Assembly: GCA_046292385.1 (NCBI GenBank)
Contig: JBKBRF010000004.1
Location: 64,001-128,000 of the forward strand
Direction of reading: 5' to 3'
DNA from: Armatimonadota bacterium
Lineage (GTDB): Bacteria > Armatimonadota > SYMT01
DNA length: 64,000 bases
Under the pieces are notes generated by a model. That model did no database searches and had not been told where the DNA came from. It worked only from the letters and a program-made list of their open reading frames with translations. Numbering within the stretch: position 1 is the stretch's first letter; each line of letters opens with the position of its first letter. Position numbers and translations under genes: made by a program. This document shows, piece by piece, positions 51,021 through 63,160 of this stretch.

Positions 51021-51056
51021 AAAAGCAGAGAGGCAGCCCGGCTAGGGGCTGCCTCT
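51021..51056 (-). terminator. Probable intrinsic terminator of the atp operon
   Basis: agaggcagccc / gggctgcctct stem, followed on the minus strand by ctgctttt, downstream of atpC. Confidence 0.55.
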
Positions 51057-51181
51057 GCGGGGGTTGGGGAGAGGACGTCTGAAGGATGAAGGATGAGCGA
51101 TGAGGGATGAATCCGAACCTGCTGGGACGGACACTCCTACTCTTACTCGAAAGCGCTCCGGGGAGGCTGCTGCCCTGGGGA

Positions 51182-51598
51182 CTATCCGGTTGCGACGCGG
51201 ATGCGGTTCTGGGCGCGGGCGAGGGTCTGCTCCGCTTGCTCGCGCGCTTCGTCGTCATACGAGGCGGTTGCCTCGCGGATCTCCTGGCGGGCGCGTTCGA
51301 TGGCGCGGCGGGCTCGCTCCAGGTCGATCTCCTCCGCGCGCTCGGCGGTGTCGGCCAGCACCGTCACCTGGTTGTTGAACACCTGGAGGAAGCCGCCGCC
51401 AATCGCCAGCCGTGCCTCGTGACCGCCGTCGCGGCGGAAGCGGAGCTCGCCCGGCTCCAGCTCCGAGAGGAACGGCGCGTGGTTCGGGAGGATCCCGAAC
51501 GAGCCGTTGATGCCCGGGGCGACCAGCGAGGTCGCCTCCTCGCTCAGGACCACGCGGTCCGGCGTGACGATATCGACGGTGAACGTTCTAGCGGCCAT
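51182..51598 (-). CDS. atpC: F1 ATP synthase epsilon subunit
   Basis: VDIVTPDR, GSFGILPNHAP, GGFLQV, AEEIDLERA. Confidence 0.95.
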   Translation of the reverse strand: MAARTFTVDIVTPDRVVLSEEATSLVAPGINGSFGILPNHAPFLSELEPGELRFRRDGGHEARLAIGGGFLQVFNNQVTVLADTAERAEEIDLERARRAIERARQEIREATASYDDEAREQAEQTLARAQNRIRVATG

Positions 51599-51705
51599 TT
51601 GTCTTCGTTACGTTTCCAGGATCAGAGGAACGGCTTCTCATTCGGCTGGGAGAGGAGAGAGGAACGGCCGCGGCCGCTGCCCCTCTCCCTCCGTATCCGG
51701 AATGG

Positions 51706-53148
<1,443 letters not shown>

Positions 53149-53166
53149 TCAAGTAATTGACTTCTG

Positions 53167-54045
53167 TTACTTCTGTGCTTCCGCGCCGGAGACGATCTCG
53201 GCGATCTCGGTGGTAATCGCCGCCTGGCGGGCACGGTTCAGGGAGAGCGTCAGGGTGCTGATCATCTGCCCGGCGTTCTCCGTCGCCGCGGACATGCTGG
53301 TCATCCGGGCGCCGTGCTCGCTGGCGATCGCCTCCGCCACGGTCCGGAAGACCTGTGTATCCACGTAGCGCGGGAGCAGCCGGTTCAGCAGCACCTCGGC
53401 GGAGGGCTCGAAGATCACGTCGCCGCCGGCCGCCAGCACCGCCTCCACGTGCGCCTCCGCTTCTTCCGGAGGCGTCAGCGGCAGCAGCGGAAGGACCGTC
53501 GGCACCTGGGTCATGGCGCTCTGGAAGCGCTGGTAGACGACGTAGACCGAGTCGACTTCCCGGCTCTCGAACATCCGGCGCATCGTGCGCACCAGAGGCT
53601 GCACGTCCGCGAAGGAGAGGTCCGCGCCGGAGCCGAGCGGCTGGGCCTCGATCACCGGATAGGGCTGCCGGCGGAAGAACTGCTGGGCCTTGCGCCCCAG
53701 AAGCAGCATCTTCACCGTGTCGGGGTCGCGCGGACGCAGGAGCTGCATCGCGGCGCGGAACAGGTTGGTGTTGTAGCTGCCGCAGAGACCGCGGTCGGAG
53801 GAGATCACCAGCACCGCGGTGTTCTGCTCTTCCCGTACCTCCAGCAGCGGATGCTCCAGCGCGGCGCCCGCCGCGGAGAGACGGCGCATCATCTGCTCCA
53901 TCCGCTCCGCGTACGGCCGCGCGGCCTCAACCCGCCCCTGGGCGCGCTTGAGCCGGGCAGCCGCCACCAGCTTCATCGCGCGGGTGATCTTCTCGATGTT
54001 GCGAACAGTCCGGATCCGCGTCCGGAGCTCACGCATGCTCGCCAT
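53167..54045 (-). CDS. atpG: F1 ATP synthase gamma subunit
   Basis: KITRAMKLVAAA, SDRGLCGSYN, NRARQAAITTEIAEIVSGA. Confidence 0.97.
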   Translation of the reverse strand: MASMRELRTRIRTVRNIEKITRAMKLVAAARLKRAQGRVEAARPYAERMEQMMRRLSAAGAALEHPLLEVREEQNTAVLVISSDRGLCGSYNTNLFRAAMQLLRPRDPDTVKMLLLGRKAQQFFRRQPYPVIEAQPLGSGADLSFADVQPLVRTMRRMFESREVDSVYVVYQRFQSAMTQVPTVLPLLPLTPPEEAEAHVEAVLAAGGDVIFEPSAEVLLNRLLPRYVDTQVFRTVAEAIASEHGARMTSMSAATENAGQMISTLTLSLNRARQAAITTEIAEIVSGAEAQK

Positions 54046-54088
54046 AGTGTTTCCCTAGCCCCCGGGGCTCGTACCGACCGGCGCGCCC

Positions 54089-55606
<1,518 letters not shown>

Positions 55607-55767
55607 TTCTATGTCTCCGGTCAGTTCGTTTCAATCAGCACCGGCAAGTGCCGGAGGCGCAAGCCGGGAGCCAGAGCGGGCCCGGTCCAGATCACCGCTG
55701 CCGGGGAGCGCGAGCCCCGGCCGGTAAATACGCGGCGCCAGCGTGCGGCGCCCAGACAGACTTAACG

Positions 55768-56316
55768 TCAGGCGCCGCGGCCCGACAAGAGCCGCTGGTG
55801 CAGACGGCGCAGGCGGCTGCGGACGCTGCCGTCGATGATCGTGTCGCCCATCCGGATCCACATCCCGCCCATGATCTTCGGCTCGATCTGAACCTGCAGG
55901 CGGATGCTCTTCCCGGTGCGACGTCCAAGCGCCCCGGCGAGCGCCTCGCGCTCTTCGTCGGTGAGCGGCACCGCGGCGGTCACTTCGACCGGCAGCACGT
56001 TCCGCCACTCGTTGGCGAGTCGAACGAACTCCGGGAAGATGTGGCCCACGAGACCCTCCCGCCGCCGGTCCAGCAGCAGGTTGAGGAACCGGAGGGTGAG
56101 CGGACTCACCCGAGGGCCGAACGCCGTCTCCAGCAGCGCCTTCTTCCGCGCCGTCGAGAGGGTGGGGGCGCCGAGCGCCCGCGTGAGCCGCGGGACGGCG
56201 CGCAGGACCTGGTCTACCGCCTTCAGGTCTTCCTCTACCTGATCAACGGTGCCTTCCCGGCGCGCGGTATCGAACAGCGCGCGGGCGTATCGACGGACGG
56301 CGGCGAGCTCTGCCAT
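55768..56316 (-). CDS. atpH: F1 ATP synthase delta subunit
   Basis: RRYARALF, IMGG...GDTIIDGSVRSRL, and operon position. Confidence 0.95.
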   Translation of the reverse strand: MAELAAVRRYARALFDTARREGTVDQVEEDLKAVDQVLRAVPRLTRALGAPTLSTARKKALLETAFGPRVSPLTLRFLNLLLDRRREGLVGHIFPEFVRLANEWRNVLPVEVTAAVPLTDEEREALAGALGRRTGKSIRLQVQIEPKIMGGMWIRMGDTIIDGSVRSRLRRLHQRLLSGRGA

Positions 56317-56372
56317 GGGGAAAACTTAATGTGTCAGCGTGTCCGCGGTGAGCGGACCGGCCGCGCGCGGGA

Positions 56373-56861
56373 TCAAGCCCGCGCGCCGACCTCGTTGATG
56401 AAATCGCCGATCAGCTCACGATGCACGGCGGGGTTGATCTCCCGCTCCAGCACCTTGGATGCCGCCAGCACCGCGAGGTCCGCCATTTCGGAGCGGATCT
56501 CCACGATCGCCTTCTTGCGCTCCTGCTCGATGTCGGCCAGGGCGCGGTCGCGCTGAACGGCTGCCTCTTCCTTCGCCTTACCCACGATCGCCGCGGCCTC
56601 TTCCTGGGCCTGGCGCACCGCTCCAGCGATATGCTCCCGCGCTTCCGCCTCGATGTTGGCGAGCCGCTGCTCGTAGTCGGCGCGGGTCTGCTCCATCGCG
56701 CGGCGGTCCGCCGCGACCTGGTCCAGAGTGCTCTCGATCTCTCGCTGGCGGGTCTCGATCACCGACCCGATCGGGCCAAAGGCGAACTTGCCGAGGATGA
56801 GAACGAGAAGGATGAAAGCGATTGCCTGGGTGAGGACGGCAATCGGATTGATGTCGAGCAT
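56373..56861 (-). CDS. atpF: Fo ATP synthase subunit b
   Basis: N-terminal TM followed by a long coiled coil, and operon position. Confidence 0.93.
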   Translation of the reverse strand: MLDINPIAVLTQAIAFILLVLILGKFAFGPIGSVIETRQREIESTLDQVAADRRAMEQTRADYEQRLANIEAEAREHIAGAVRQAQEEAAAIVGKAKEEAAVQRDRALADIEQERKKAIVEIRSEMADLAVLAASKVLEREINPAVHRELIGDFINEVGARA

Positions 56862-56929
56862 GGCGCCCTATCTCCGGGGTGGCCGGGGGAGGCGAGAGCC
56901 GCCTCCCCCGTTGCGATTAACGCGCCGAC

Positions 56930-57208
56930 TTACTGGCCCGGCTGGATCAGCGGCAGGATCTGGTCCGGGCGGGGCAGGCCGATCACGAAGAGGATGATGA
57001 GCGCCACGAGCAGCGCGTAGATCGCCAGCGACTCGATGAGCGCCAGGGCGATAATCATCACCATCTGGATGCGGCCGGCCGCTTCCGGCTGGCGGGCAAT
57101 CCCTTCGAGGGCGGCGGCGCCGACGCGGCCCTGGGCCAGCGCGGACGAGATCACCGCGATCGGAACGCACAGGCCGGCGGCCAGCGCAAGCATAGCAAGG
57201 TAAAGCAT
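56930..57208 (-). CDS. atpE: Fo ATP synthase subunit c
   Basis: Helical hairpin with ARQPE loop and carboxylate in ALIESLAIY. Confidence 0.95.
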   Translation of the reverse strand: MLYLAMLALAAGLCVPIAVISSALAQGRVGAAALEGIARQPEAAGRIQMVMIIALALIESLAIYALLVALIILFVIGLPRPDQILPLIQPGQ

Positions 57209-57254
57209 CGTTCGTTCTCCTCGTTTAGAGTAAGGTCACAAAAGGACGCCGAGA

Positions 57255-58724
57255 TCAGACCGCGGGCGCCGGCGCGGCGTGGTCGGACACATGTCCATGG
57301 TCGTCGCCATGGTGCGCGTGCTCGCCGTGATGCTCGTCGTGGTCTCCGTGCGCCGTCATCAGCGCGATGTAGACGGAGGCCAGGATGCTGAACACCAGGG
57401 CCTGCACGGTGCAGGTAAAGAGTGCCAGGAAGTACATCGGGAGCTGGAACGGGACCAGTCCCTGCGTGAAGTGGGCCGCGAGATACATCAGGATCACGAG
57501 GACCACGTCTTCGCCGAAGATGTTTCCGAAGAGACGGATCGTGAGGGACAGGATCTTCGCCAGCTCTCCCACGATATGGATCGGCACGTTGAGCGGCCCC
57601 AGCCACCAGGGATCGCCGACGAAGTGCATGAAGTAGCCCTTCACGCCGTTCACCCGGATCCCTTCGATGTGGCTGTAGACCACCACCACCACCGCCAGTC
57701 CGGCGGTGACATTGATGTTGGAGGTCGGACTCATCCAGCCGGGGATCAGCCCCGCCAGGTTCATCACCCAGATGTAGATGAACCCGGTTCCGATCAGCGG
57801 CACGTACTTCTTGTAGTTCTCGCCGATCAGGCCGTGAACGAAGCCGTCAAACCCGCTGTAGATCATCTCCAGGACCGTCTGCTTGCGATCCGGGATCCGG
57901 CGCAGGTTCCGCGTGAGCAGCACCGCCACCAGGAAGATCGTAAGCGCCGTCAGGAGCGAGATCACCAGCCCTTCCGGGAACATGCTCTCGAAGGCGAAGC
58001 TGACGGTGGGGTTGAGGAGCACCACCGGCCGGCCGTCGATCGTCAGCTCCTCCGTGGTAACGCCCACCGCGGAGGTCCGGTTCCCGACTTCGCCGATGGT
58101 GGGGTTCACCGCCACGCGCGGGGCCGGCTTGATATTGACGTGGTGCGGGCTGTACGTGTAGGGGACCGTCTTCCCTTTGAGCTCCGTCGCCGGGATCGGC
58201 TGACCGGTTGCGGCGTCGAGGGCGCCGTCCGCCTTCAGCGTTGCCGGACCGCTCCACCAGAACCACTGCAGCACGCGGTAGAGCCAGGTCGGGTTGTGGA
58301 TGCTGACCTGCTTGTCGTGCTCCTCCCCATGCTCGCCGCCGTGCGCGTCCCCGTGCTCGCCGCCACCGGCTTCACCGTGGCCGTCGGTCGCGGTACCGTG
58401 GCCCGGCTCGCTGGGGGTCTGCTCGCCGACCGCATGCTCGCCGCCCTGGGGGCCGTGCGAGCCGCCGGGGCCCGGTTCCTGCGCGCCGAGGTGCGTCTCC
58501 TCCGCGCGGGAGGCCTCCGGCGTGCGCTGGTTCGGGAGCGCGGTGCTGCCGTGCGCGTCGTTGGCCGGCGGAGGGGGCGGGGGCGCCGACTCGTGCTGCG
58601 CGCCGACCGGCAGGAGCGTCCAGGCGCACAGGGCCAGCGCGGAGGCGGTCAACAGGATCCGTCGCGCAGGTTTAACTGCCCGCTTTCCGGTTCTATATTG
58701 GTTCTGGTTTCCGAAGAGCTTCAT
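57255..58724 (-). CDS. atpB: Fo ATP synthase subunit a with long N-terminal His-rich extension
   Basis: Core NLAGLIPG, PTSNINVT, LSLTIRLFGNIFGE, VQALVFSILASVYI, preceded by about 250 extra residues. Start inferred at ATG 58724. Confidence 0.93.
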   Translation of the reverse strand: MKLFGNQNQYRTGKRAVKPARRILLTASALALCAWTLLPVGAQHESAPPPPPPANDAHGSTALPNQRTPEASRAEETHLGAQEPGPGGSHGPQGGEHAVGEQTPSEPGHGTATDGHGEAGGGEHGDAHGGEHGEEHDKQVSIHNPTWLYRVLQWFWWSGPATLKADGALDAATGQPIPATELKGKTVPYTYSPHHVNIKPAPRVAVNPTIGEVGNRTSAVGVTTEELTIDGRPVVLLNPTVSFAFESMFPEGLVISLLTALTIFLVAVLLTRNLRRIPDRKQTVLEMIYSGFDGFVHGLIGENYKKYVPLIGTGFIYIWVMNLAGLIPGWMSPTSNINVTAGLAVVVVVYSHIEGIRVNGVKGYFMHFVGDPWWLGPLNVPIHIVGELAKILSLTIRLFGNIFGEDVVLVILMYLAAHFTQGLVPFQLPMYFLALFTCTVQALVFSILASVYIALMTAHGDHDEHHGEHAHHGDDHGHVSDHAAPAPAV

Positions 58725-58770
58725 CGGTTGGTTGCCGGTCTTCCAGGGGGCTCGTACCCCGCCAGTTATA

Positions 58771-59220
58771 TCACCGGTAGCGCTCGCTGATCCTGTCCTG
58801 ATGGGCCATGGCGGTGGCAATCACCATCACCAGCATGGTGCCGTGGACCACCAGCGTTCCGACCACCAGCGCAAAGATGTTCAGGAGGCCACGATCCGCG
58901 CTCCAGGCGACCAGCCCCAGCGCTGCGAGGATGAACGGCAGCTTCAACATCCCGGCCAGCGCCAGCTTCAAGCCGGCACCGCGGCCGCCGTTGAACAACA
59001 GCTTTACCGTTGCCTCGCACGTCCAGAGGCTGAACAGCCCGATCGCGGCGCCGGCGAGCAGTCCCACGGCCACGGTCTTCTGCTCGAAGCCGAGGAACAT
59101 GAGGGCCGCTACCACGCTGATCTGTGTCGCTCTCCAGTACACCTTGCCTACGAACCTCCGATCGAGACCCTGCTTCCAGAAGTCCCAATCTTGCGTATCC
59201 TGCGGAATGCCCGCCTCCAT
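58771..59220 (-). CDS. atpI: ATP synthase subunit I (4-TM)
   Basis: Four hydrophobic helices, immediately upstream of atpB. Confidence 0.75.
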   Translation of the reverse strand: MEAGIPQDTQDWDFWKQGLDRRFVGKVYWRATQISVVAALMFLGFEQKTVAVGLLAGAAIGLFSLWTCEATVKLLFNGGRGAGLKLALAGMLKLPFILAALGLVAWSADRGLLNIFALVVGTLVVHGTMLVMVIATAMAHQDRISERYR

Positions 59221-59266
59221 CGCTGCTTACTTCTCCACTTGATTCGTCCCCAAGCGGCCCCCGCGA

Positions 59267-59554
59267 CTACTCGTCGGGCTCTTCCCCCCGGGATTCTGCT
59301 TCAATTCGTTCCTGTTCTCGCGTCGCGCGGATCACGCTTTGAATGAGCTGCTTGAAGCCCGCAATGATCCCGAGTAGCGTGCCGACGATGACCAGGAATC
59401 TGGTGCCCAGCTTCTGATCCAGCCACCAGCCGCCAAAGACTCCGATCGCGATCGAGATGGCCAGCGTCAGTCCGACGGTCGCCACCTGCGCGGCAAGCCG
59501 TACGGAGCGGAGGTCGGTGCGGGGTCCGTGCGGATCCCGCGGCCGCTGGCTCAT
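59267..59554 (-). CDS. atpZ: AtpZ/AtpI family (ATPase gene 1) 2-TM protein
   Basis: GVFGGWWLDQKLGT...GTLLGIIAGF. Confidence 0.85.
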   Translation of the reverse strand: MSQRPRDPHGPRTDLRSVRLAAQVATVGLTLAISIAIGVFGGWWLDQKLGTRFLVIVGTLLGIIAGFKQLIQSVIRATREQERIEAESRGEEPDE

Positions 59555-61308
59555 TGCTCCAACTCAAAGGTCCGGTGGAGCGCCCGAGCCGCCGCCGGCG
59601 CCTCTTCCATCCGCACTAGGCAGGAAACCGACTCCGGCGAGTCCGCCATCTGGAACATCCCGATTCCGGCCTGCTGCAGCGACTCGCCGATGCGGAGGAG
59701 GAACCCGGCCTCTTCCCACATGCTCACCGCCACCAGCGAGACGAGCTCACAATTCTCGACCGACTCGAAGCTCACGCCGAACTCGCGGAGGATCTCCTCG
59801 ACGCGACGGGCGGCGGACTGGTCGACGATAAAGCTCGACGTCCTGGGGCCGATACTGTTGAAGTAGAAGTTGATCTCGGCTTCGCCGATGGCCCGGTAGA
59901 CGCGGTACTCGATCTCCGCGCGCTGGCCGTCGTCCCGGAGCTGCAGCGTAAAGTAGACCAGCCGGGAGAGGGTCGCCACGCCGGTCACCGCGCGCTTGGT
60001 GGGGGGCTCGATCTCCGCGAGCGGCGCCACCAGCGTTCCCGGCGAGCGGACGAAGCTCGACTTCACCCAGAGCGGAATCTGGTACCGCATCGCGATCTCT
60101 GCGGCGCGGGGATGCAGCACCTTCGCCCCGAGGTGCGCCATGTTGCACACCTCTTCGTAGGTCACCATCGAGAGTGTGTGCGCGTCCGGTACCACCTCCG
60201 GGTCGGCGGTCATCACGCCGTCCACGTGGGTGTAAATCTCCACCTTCTCCGCGCCGAGGGCGGCGGCGAGCGCGGAGGCGGTGGTATCGCTGCCCCCGCG
60301 GCCCAGCGTGGTGATCGCGCCCTGCTCCGTCACGCCCTGGAAGCCGGCCACCACCACCACGTCGACTCCTTCTTCCAGAAGGAGCTTGCGGATGTAGGTG
60401 GGATCGATGTCGAGGATCTGCGCGTCGCCGTAGCGGTAGTCGGTCAGGATGCCGGCCTGTCCGCCGGTGAGCGCCACCGCCTGGATGCCGATCGCCTTCA
60501 GCGTCTGCGCCATGATGACGGTGGAGATGATCTCTCCGCACGCCATCAGCATGTCCCGCTCCCGCGGGGCGGGCTCCGTCCCCGCGTCGACCTGGCTCAG
60601 GTGGGAGAGGAGCGTATCGGTGGCGTACGGCTCGCCCATCCGGCCGATGGCGGAGACCACCACCACCGGCAGGTAGCCTTCCTCGATCGCCTCGTGCACT
60701 CGCTCGGCGGCGAGACGCCGCGCGTCCGCCGTGCCGACCGACCTCCCACCGAACTTCTGCACCACGATCCGCGGCCGCTCCGGCGCGACCTGGAACTCCG
60801 CGCGGAGCCGGGCGACCGCCTCTTCCGCGCGGTGGGATTCCACCAGGCAGAAGACGGTGTCCGGAGCGTCGCCGGTCTGCAGGATCGGGATCTGCGCCTC
60901 CAGCAGCGCCCCGGCGATACGCGCCATCACGCCTGGGATGCCGCGCATCCCGCCGGCTTTCACGGAGACCATCGCGACGGAAGGCGTGACCGTGCTCTCG
61001 AAGCCGGCCGCAGCCAGGACTCGCTCCGCGGCGGTCGCCTCGTCGGCATCGACCACGAACGAGAGGCCGAGCGTGTTCAGCTTGACCAGGTTGATGCTGA
61101 TGCCCGCTTCCGTCAGGGTGCGGTAGACCTGCAGCTCCTGCGCCAGCCGGTCCGCGTGTGCCCGAGGGGCGGGGGTGGGGAGGGAGACCGCAACGAAGGC
61201 GTAGACGCCTTGCGCAGAAACAGAGGTGACTCCACGCTCTTTCTCAAACGGGGCGCCGCTTCCGGTAGCGGGGGGAAGCAGGCCAAGCGTCTGCTGTCGC
61301 GGGTTCAC
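59551..61308 (-). CDS. dapG: Aspartate kinase (DapG/AK-I-like) with an additional N-terminal ACT-domain pair
   Basis: IVVQKFGGRSV, VVVSAIGRMGEPYATDTLL, AGFQG, TTLGRGGSDTTA, DGVMTADP, GAKVLHPRA, with ACT pairs on both sides. Start uncertain (61308-61422). Confidence 0.88.
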   Translation of the reverse strand: MNPRQQTLGLLPPATGSGAPFEKERGVTSVSAQGVYAFVAVSLPTPAPRAHADRLAQELQVYRTLTEAGISINLVKLNTLGLSFVVDADEATAAERVLAAAGFESTVTPSVAMVSVKAGGMRGIPGVMARIAGALLEAQIPILQTGDAPDTVFCLVESHRAEEAVARLRAEFQVAPERPRIVVQKFGGRSVGTADARRLAAERVHEAIEEGYLPVVVVSAIGRMGEPYATDTLLSHLSQVDAGTEPAPRERDMLMACGEIISTVIMAQTLKAIGIQAVALTGGQAGILTDYRYGDAQILDIDPTYIRKLLLEEGVDVVVVAGFQGVTEQGAITTLGRGGSDTTASALAAALGAEKVEIYTHVDGVMTADPEVVPDAHTLSMVTYEEVCNMAHLGAKVLHPRAAEIAMRYQIPLWVKSSFVRSPGTLVAPLAEIEPPTKRAVTGVATLSRLVYFTLQLRDDGQRAEIEYRVYRAIGEAEINFYFNSIGPRTSSFIVDQSAARRVEEILREFGVSFESVENCELVSLVAVSMWEEAGFLLRIGESLQQAGIGMFQMADSPESVSCLVRMEEAPAAARALHRTFELEQ

Positions 61309-61521
61309 CAAAACTGCTCCGAGGACTGCGGGTGCCGGCCAGGATCTGTTTGAGATACCGGTATTTCCAGTCCGCTCGGAGTGTATCACGGCGCCTGAAC
61401 CCTGCCAAGCACCTTTTTTCACAAGCGAGGCGACTGAGGCAGCAGCAGACGGACCGACAGGTGAATTCCGGACCTCGGGTGATGGAGCGCCACGGGAGGG
61501 CTGCTCCGGTTTGGCTTGGGG

Positions 61522-61618
61522 GGAGAAAGAGAATGAGAACGAGAATGAGTAGGAGCTAGGCCGCCTGGCTGCCCATCGCCCTATCTCCAGCTCATCCCCT
61601 TCTCTCCTTACTTACACC
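61522..61618. repeat. Dispersed ~100-bp element, copy 2
   Basis: Similar to 29071-29173. Both lie just past the stop of a minus-strand gene. Confidence 0.7.
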
Positions 61619-61623
61619 TGCGC

Positions 61624-62271
61624 CTACGCAGCGCTCTCCTGCAGCTGCGCCCAGGAGACTTCTCCGCGGGCGGTTTCCAGGTCGAGCTCGGAATCGGGGC
61701 CGAGACGCGCTTCCAGCTCATCGATGCCGGCGGCGCAGATCGCTTCATACCAGCCGTCGAAGTGGCGGCGCGCGGCGGCGACCAGCGCCGACGCATACTC
61801 GGACGCGTCGGTGACGCGGAGGCTGCTGCCTTCGGACTGGAGACGGCGGAGCTCCTCCAGCACCTCGTCCGCGCTCCACCGGCGGTGGCGGCGGATCTCT
61901 TCGTAGTCGAGGCCGGCCGCTTCGATGGTGCGCTGCCAGCTCCCGAAGCGGTTCGACCGCACGGCGGCGGCGGCGAGCGCCGGGTCGAGCTCGGTGGAGA
62001 CGTGCCGCCAGGAGAGGTCCTCCCCGGCTGCGTGGTACTCCCGCAGCTTGTTCAGGATTCGGTCGCGGGTCCAGACCTTGTAGAGGCGGATCTCCTCGTA
62101 GTCGAGCCCGGCATACTCCACCGCCGCTCGCCACGAGCCGAAGTGCCGGGTCGCGGCGCGCAGGAGGCGGAGGTTCCGCTTCTGCATCTCTCCATAACTG
62201 AGCGGCTCCTGCGCGGCGTGGCTGCGCAGGATCTCGACGGCGATCTCTTCCTTCGACCAGCGGGCGACCAT
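61624..62271 (-). CDS. Protein of three tandem homing-endonuclease-associated-type helical repeats (putative DNA-binding)
   Basis: Three ~65-aa units: WSKEEI...RHFGSWRAAVEYAGLDY, WTRDRI...NRFGSWQRTIEAAGLDY and WSADEV...RHFDGWYEAICAAGID. Confidence 0.75.
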   Translation of the reverse strand: MVARWSKEEIAVEILRSHAAQEPLSYGEMQKRNLRLLRAATRHFGSWRAAVEYAGLDYEEIRLYKVWTRDRILNKLREYHAAGEDLSWRHVSTELDPALAAAAVRSNRFGSWQRTIEAAGLDYEEIRRHRRWSADEVLEELRRLQSEGSSLRVTDASEYASALVAAARRHFDGWYEAICAAGIDELEARLGPDSELDLETARGEVSWAQLQESAA

Positions 62272-62559
62272 GAGCGTCCTCGTATCACAACTCGACTGCC
62301 GCGCTCACGACGGGCAGCGCCGAATTATAGGAAGGCCGAACGGCGCGCGTAAACGGCCTGTGCGGTTGCGAATGCTGGGCGGTTCTGTGACGCACGGGGA
62401 GCCGCCGCAGGGTGTGACCCGGAGCACGCCACCCCGCGGATATACTTGTTACAGCCTATCCCGTTAGGGAGAGGGAGCTGCGGGCGGTTGCGGTCCTACG
62501 GGGGCCGGAGCCGGCGAGCTGCTGAATCGGCGTAGGCGAAGTTGCTCAGGAGAACAGGT

Positions 62560-63078
62560 GTGCCCCACTTCATAGCCGGCATCTATCGAGACCGCGGACT
62601 GGCCGACCGGGTGGTGACCTCGCTGCTCGACGCGGGAGTGCCGAGCGGTGACATCTCGATCGTCTTCCGCGAAGAGGCGGAGGAGGACGTGACCGAGCGG
62701 GACGAGCTGCTGCAGGAAGGCAACCCGTTCGCCGACCTGGCGGTCCATTCCGGATGGGAGCGCCTCGGCTGGCAGGGGGGCGCCCGCCCGCCGTATCGGG
62801 ACAAGATCGCGCCGAAGATCGACTTCGCCCTGATTGCCGCCGGGCCGGTGGCGATCGCGATCGGCGGGGCGCAGCTCGGCGCCTGCTCCGGCGGGGTGGT
62901 GGGGGCGATGGACAACTTCGGCTTCCCGCTCGACCTGGCGCGGAGCTGGCGGGAGCGCGTGGTCGGTGGCGGCGCCTGGGTGATGGCGCGGGTGCAGGCC
63001 GACGATGCCGGCCGGGTGAAGGGGCTGATGGAAAAGCACGGCTGGGAGATGCCGGCCGAGTCGATCCGGCACTGGTAG
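62560..63078 (+). CDS. Hypothetical protein (general-stress-protein-like)
   Basis: AGGAG RBS before GTG 62560, IAGIYRDRGLADRVVTSLLDAGVPSGDISIV, and a Gly-rich AAGPVAIAIGG segment. Confidence 0.65.
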   Translation: MPHFIAGIYRDRGLADRVVTSLLDAGVPSGDISIVFREEAEEDVTERDELLQEGNPFADLAVHSGWERLGWQGGARPPYRDKIAPKIDFALIAAGPVAIAIGGAQLGACSGGVVGAMDNFGFPLDLARSWRERVVGGGAWVMARVQADDAGRVKGLMEKHGWEMPAESIRHW

Positions 63079-63105
63079 CCGACAGCTTTTGAAGTGGAAT
63101 CGCGA

Positions 63106-63135
63106 GAAAGGCGGGCCCGGCTGGGCCCGCCTTTC
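63106..63135. terminator. Bidirectional hairpin terminator between convergent genes
   Basis: Perfect 13-bp stem gaaaggcgggccc-ggct-gggcccgcctttc. Confidence 0.7.
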
Positions 63136-63160
63136 CACGTTTATCGCGATGTGTGCTCGG

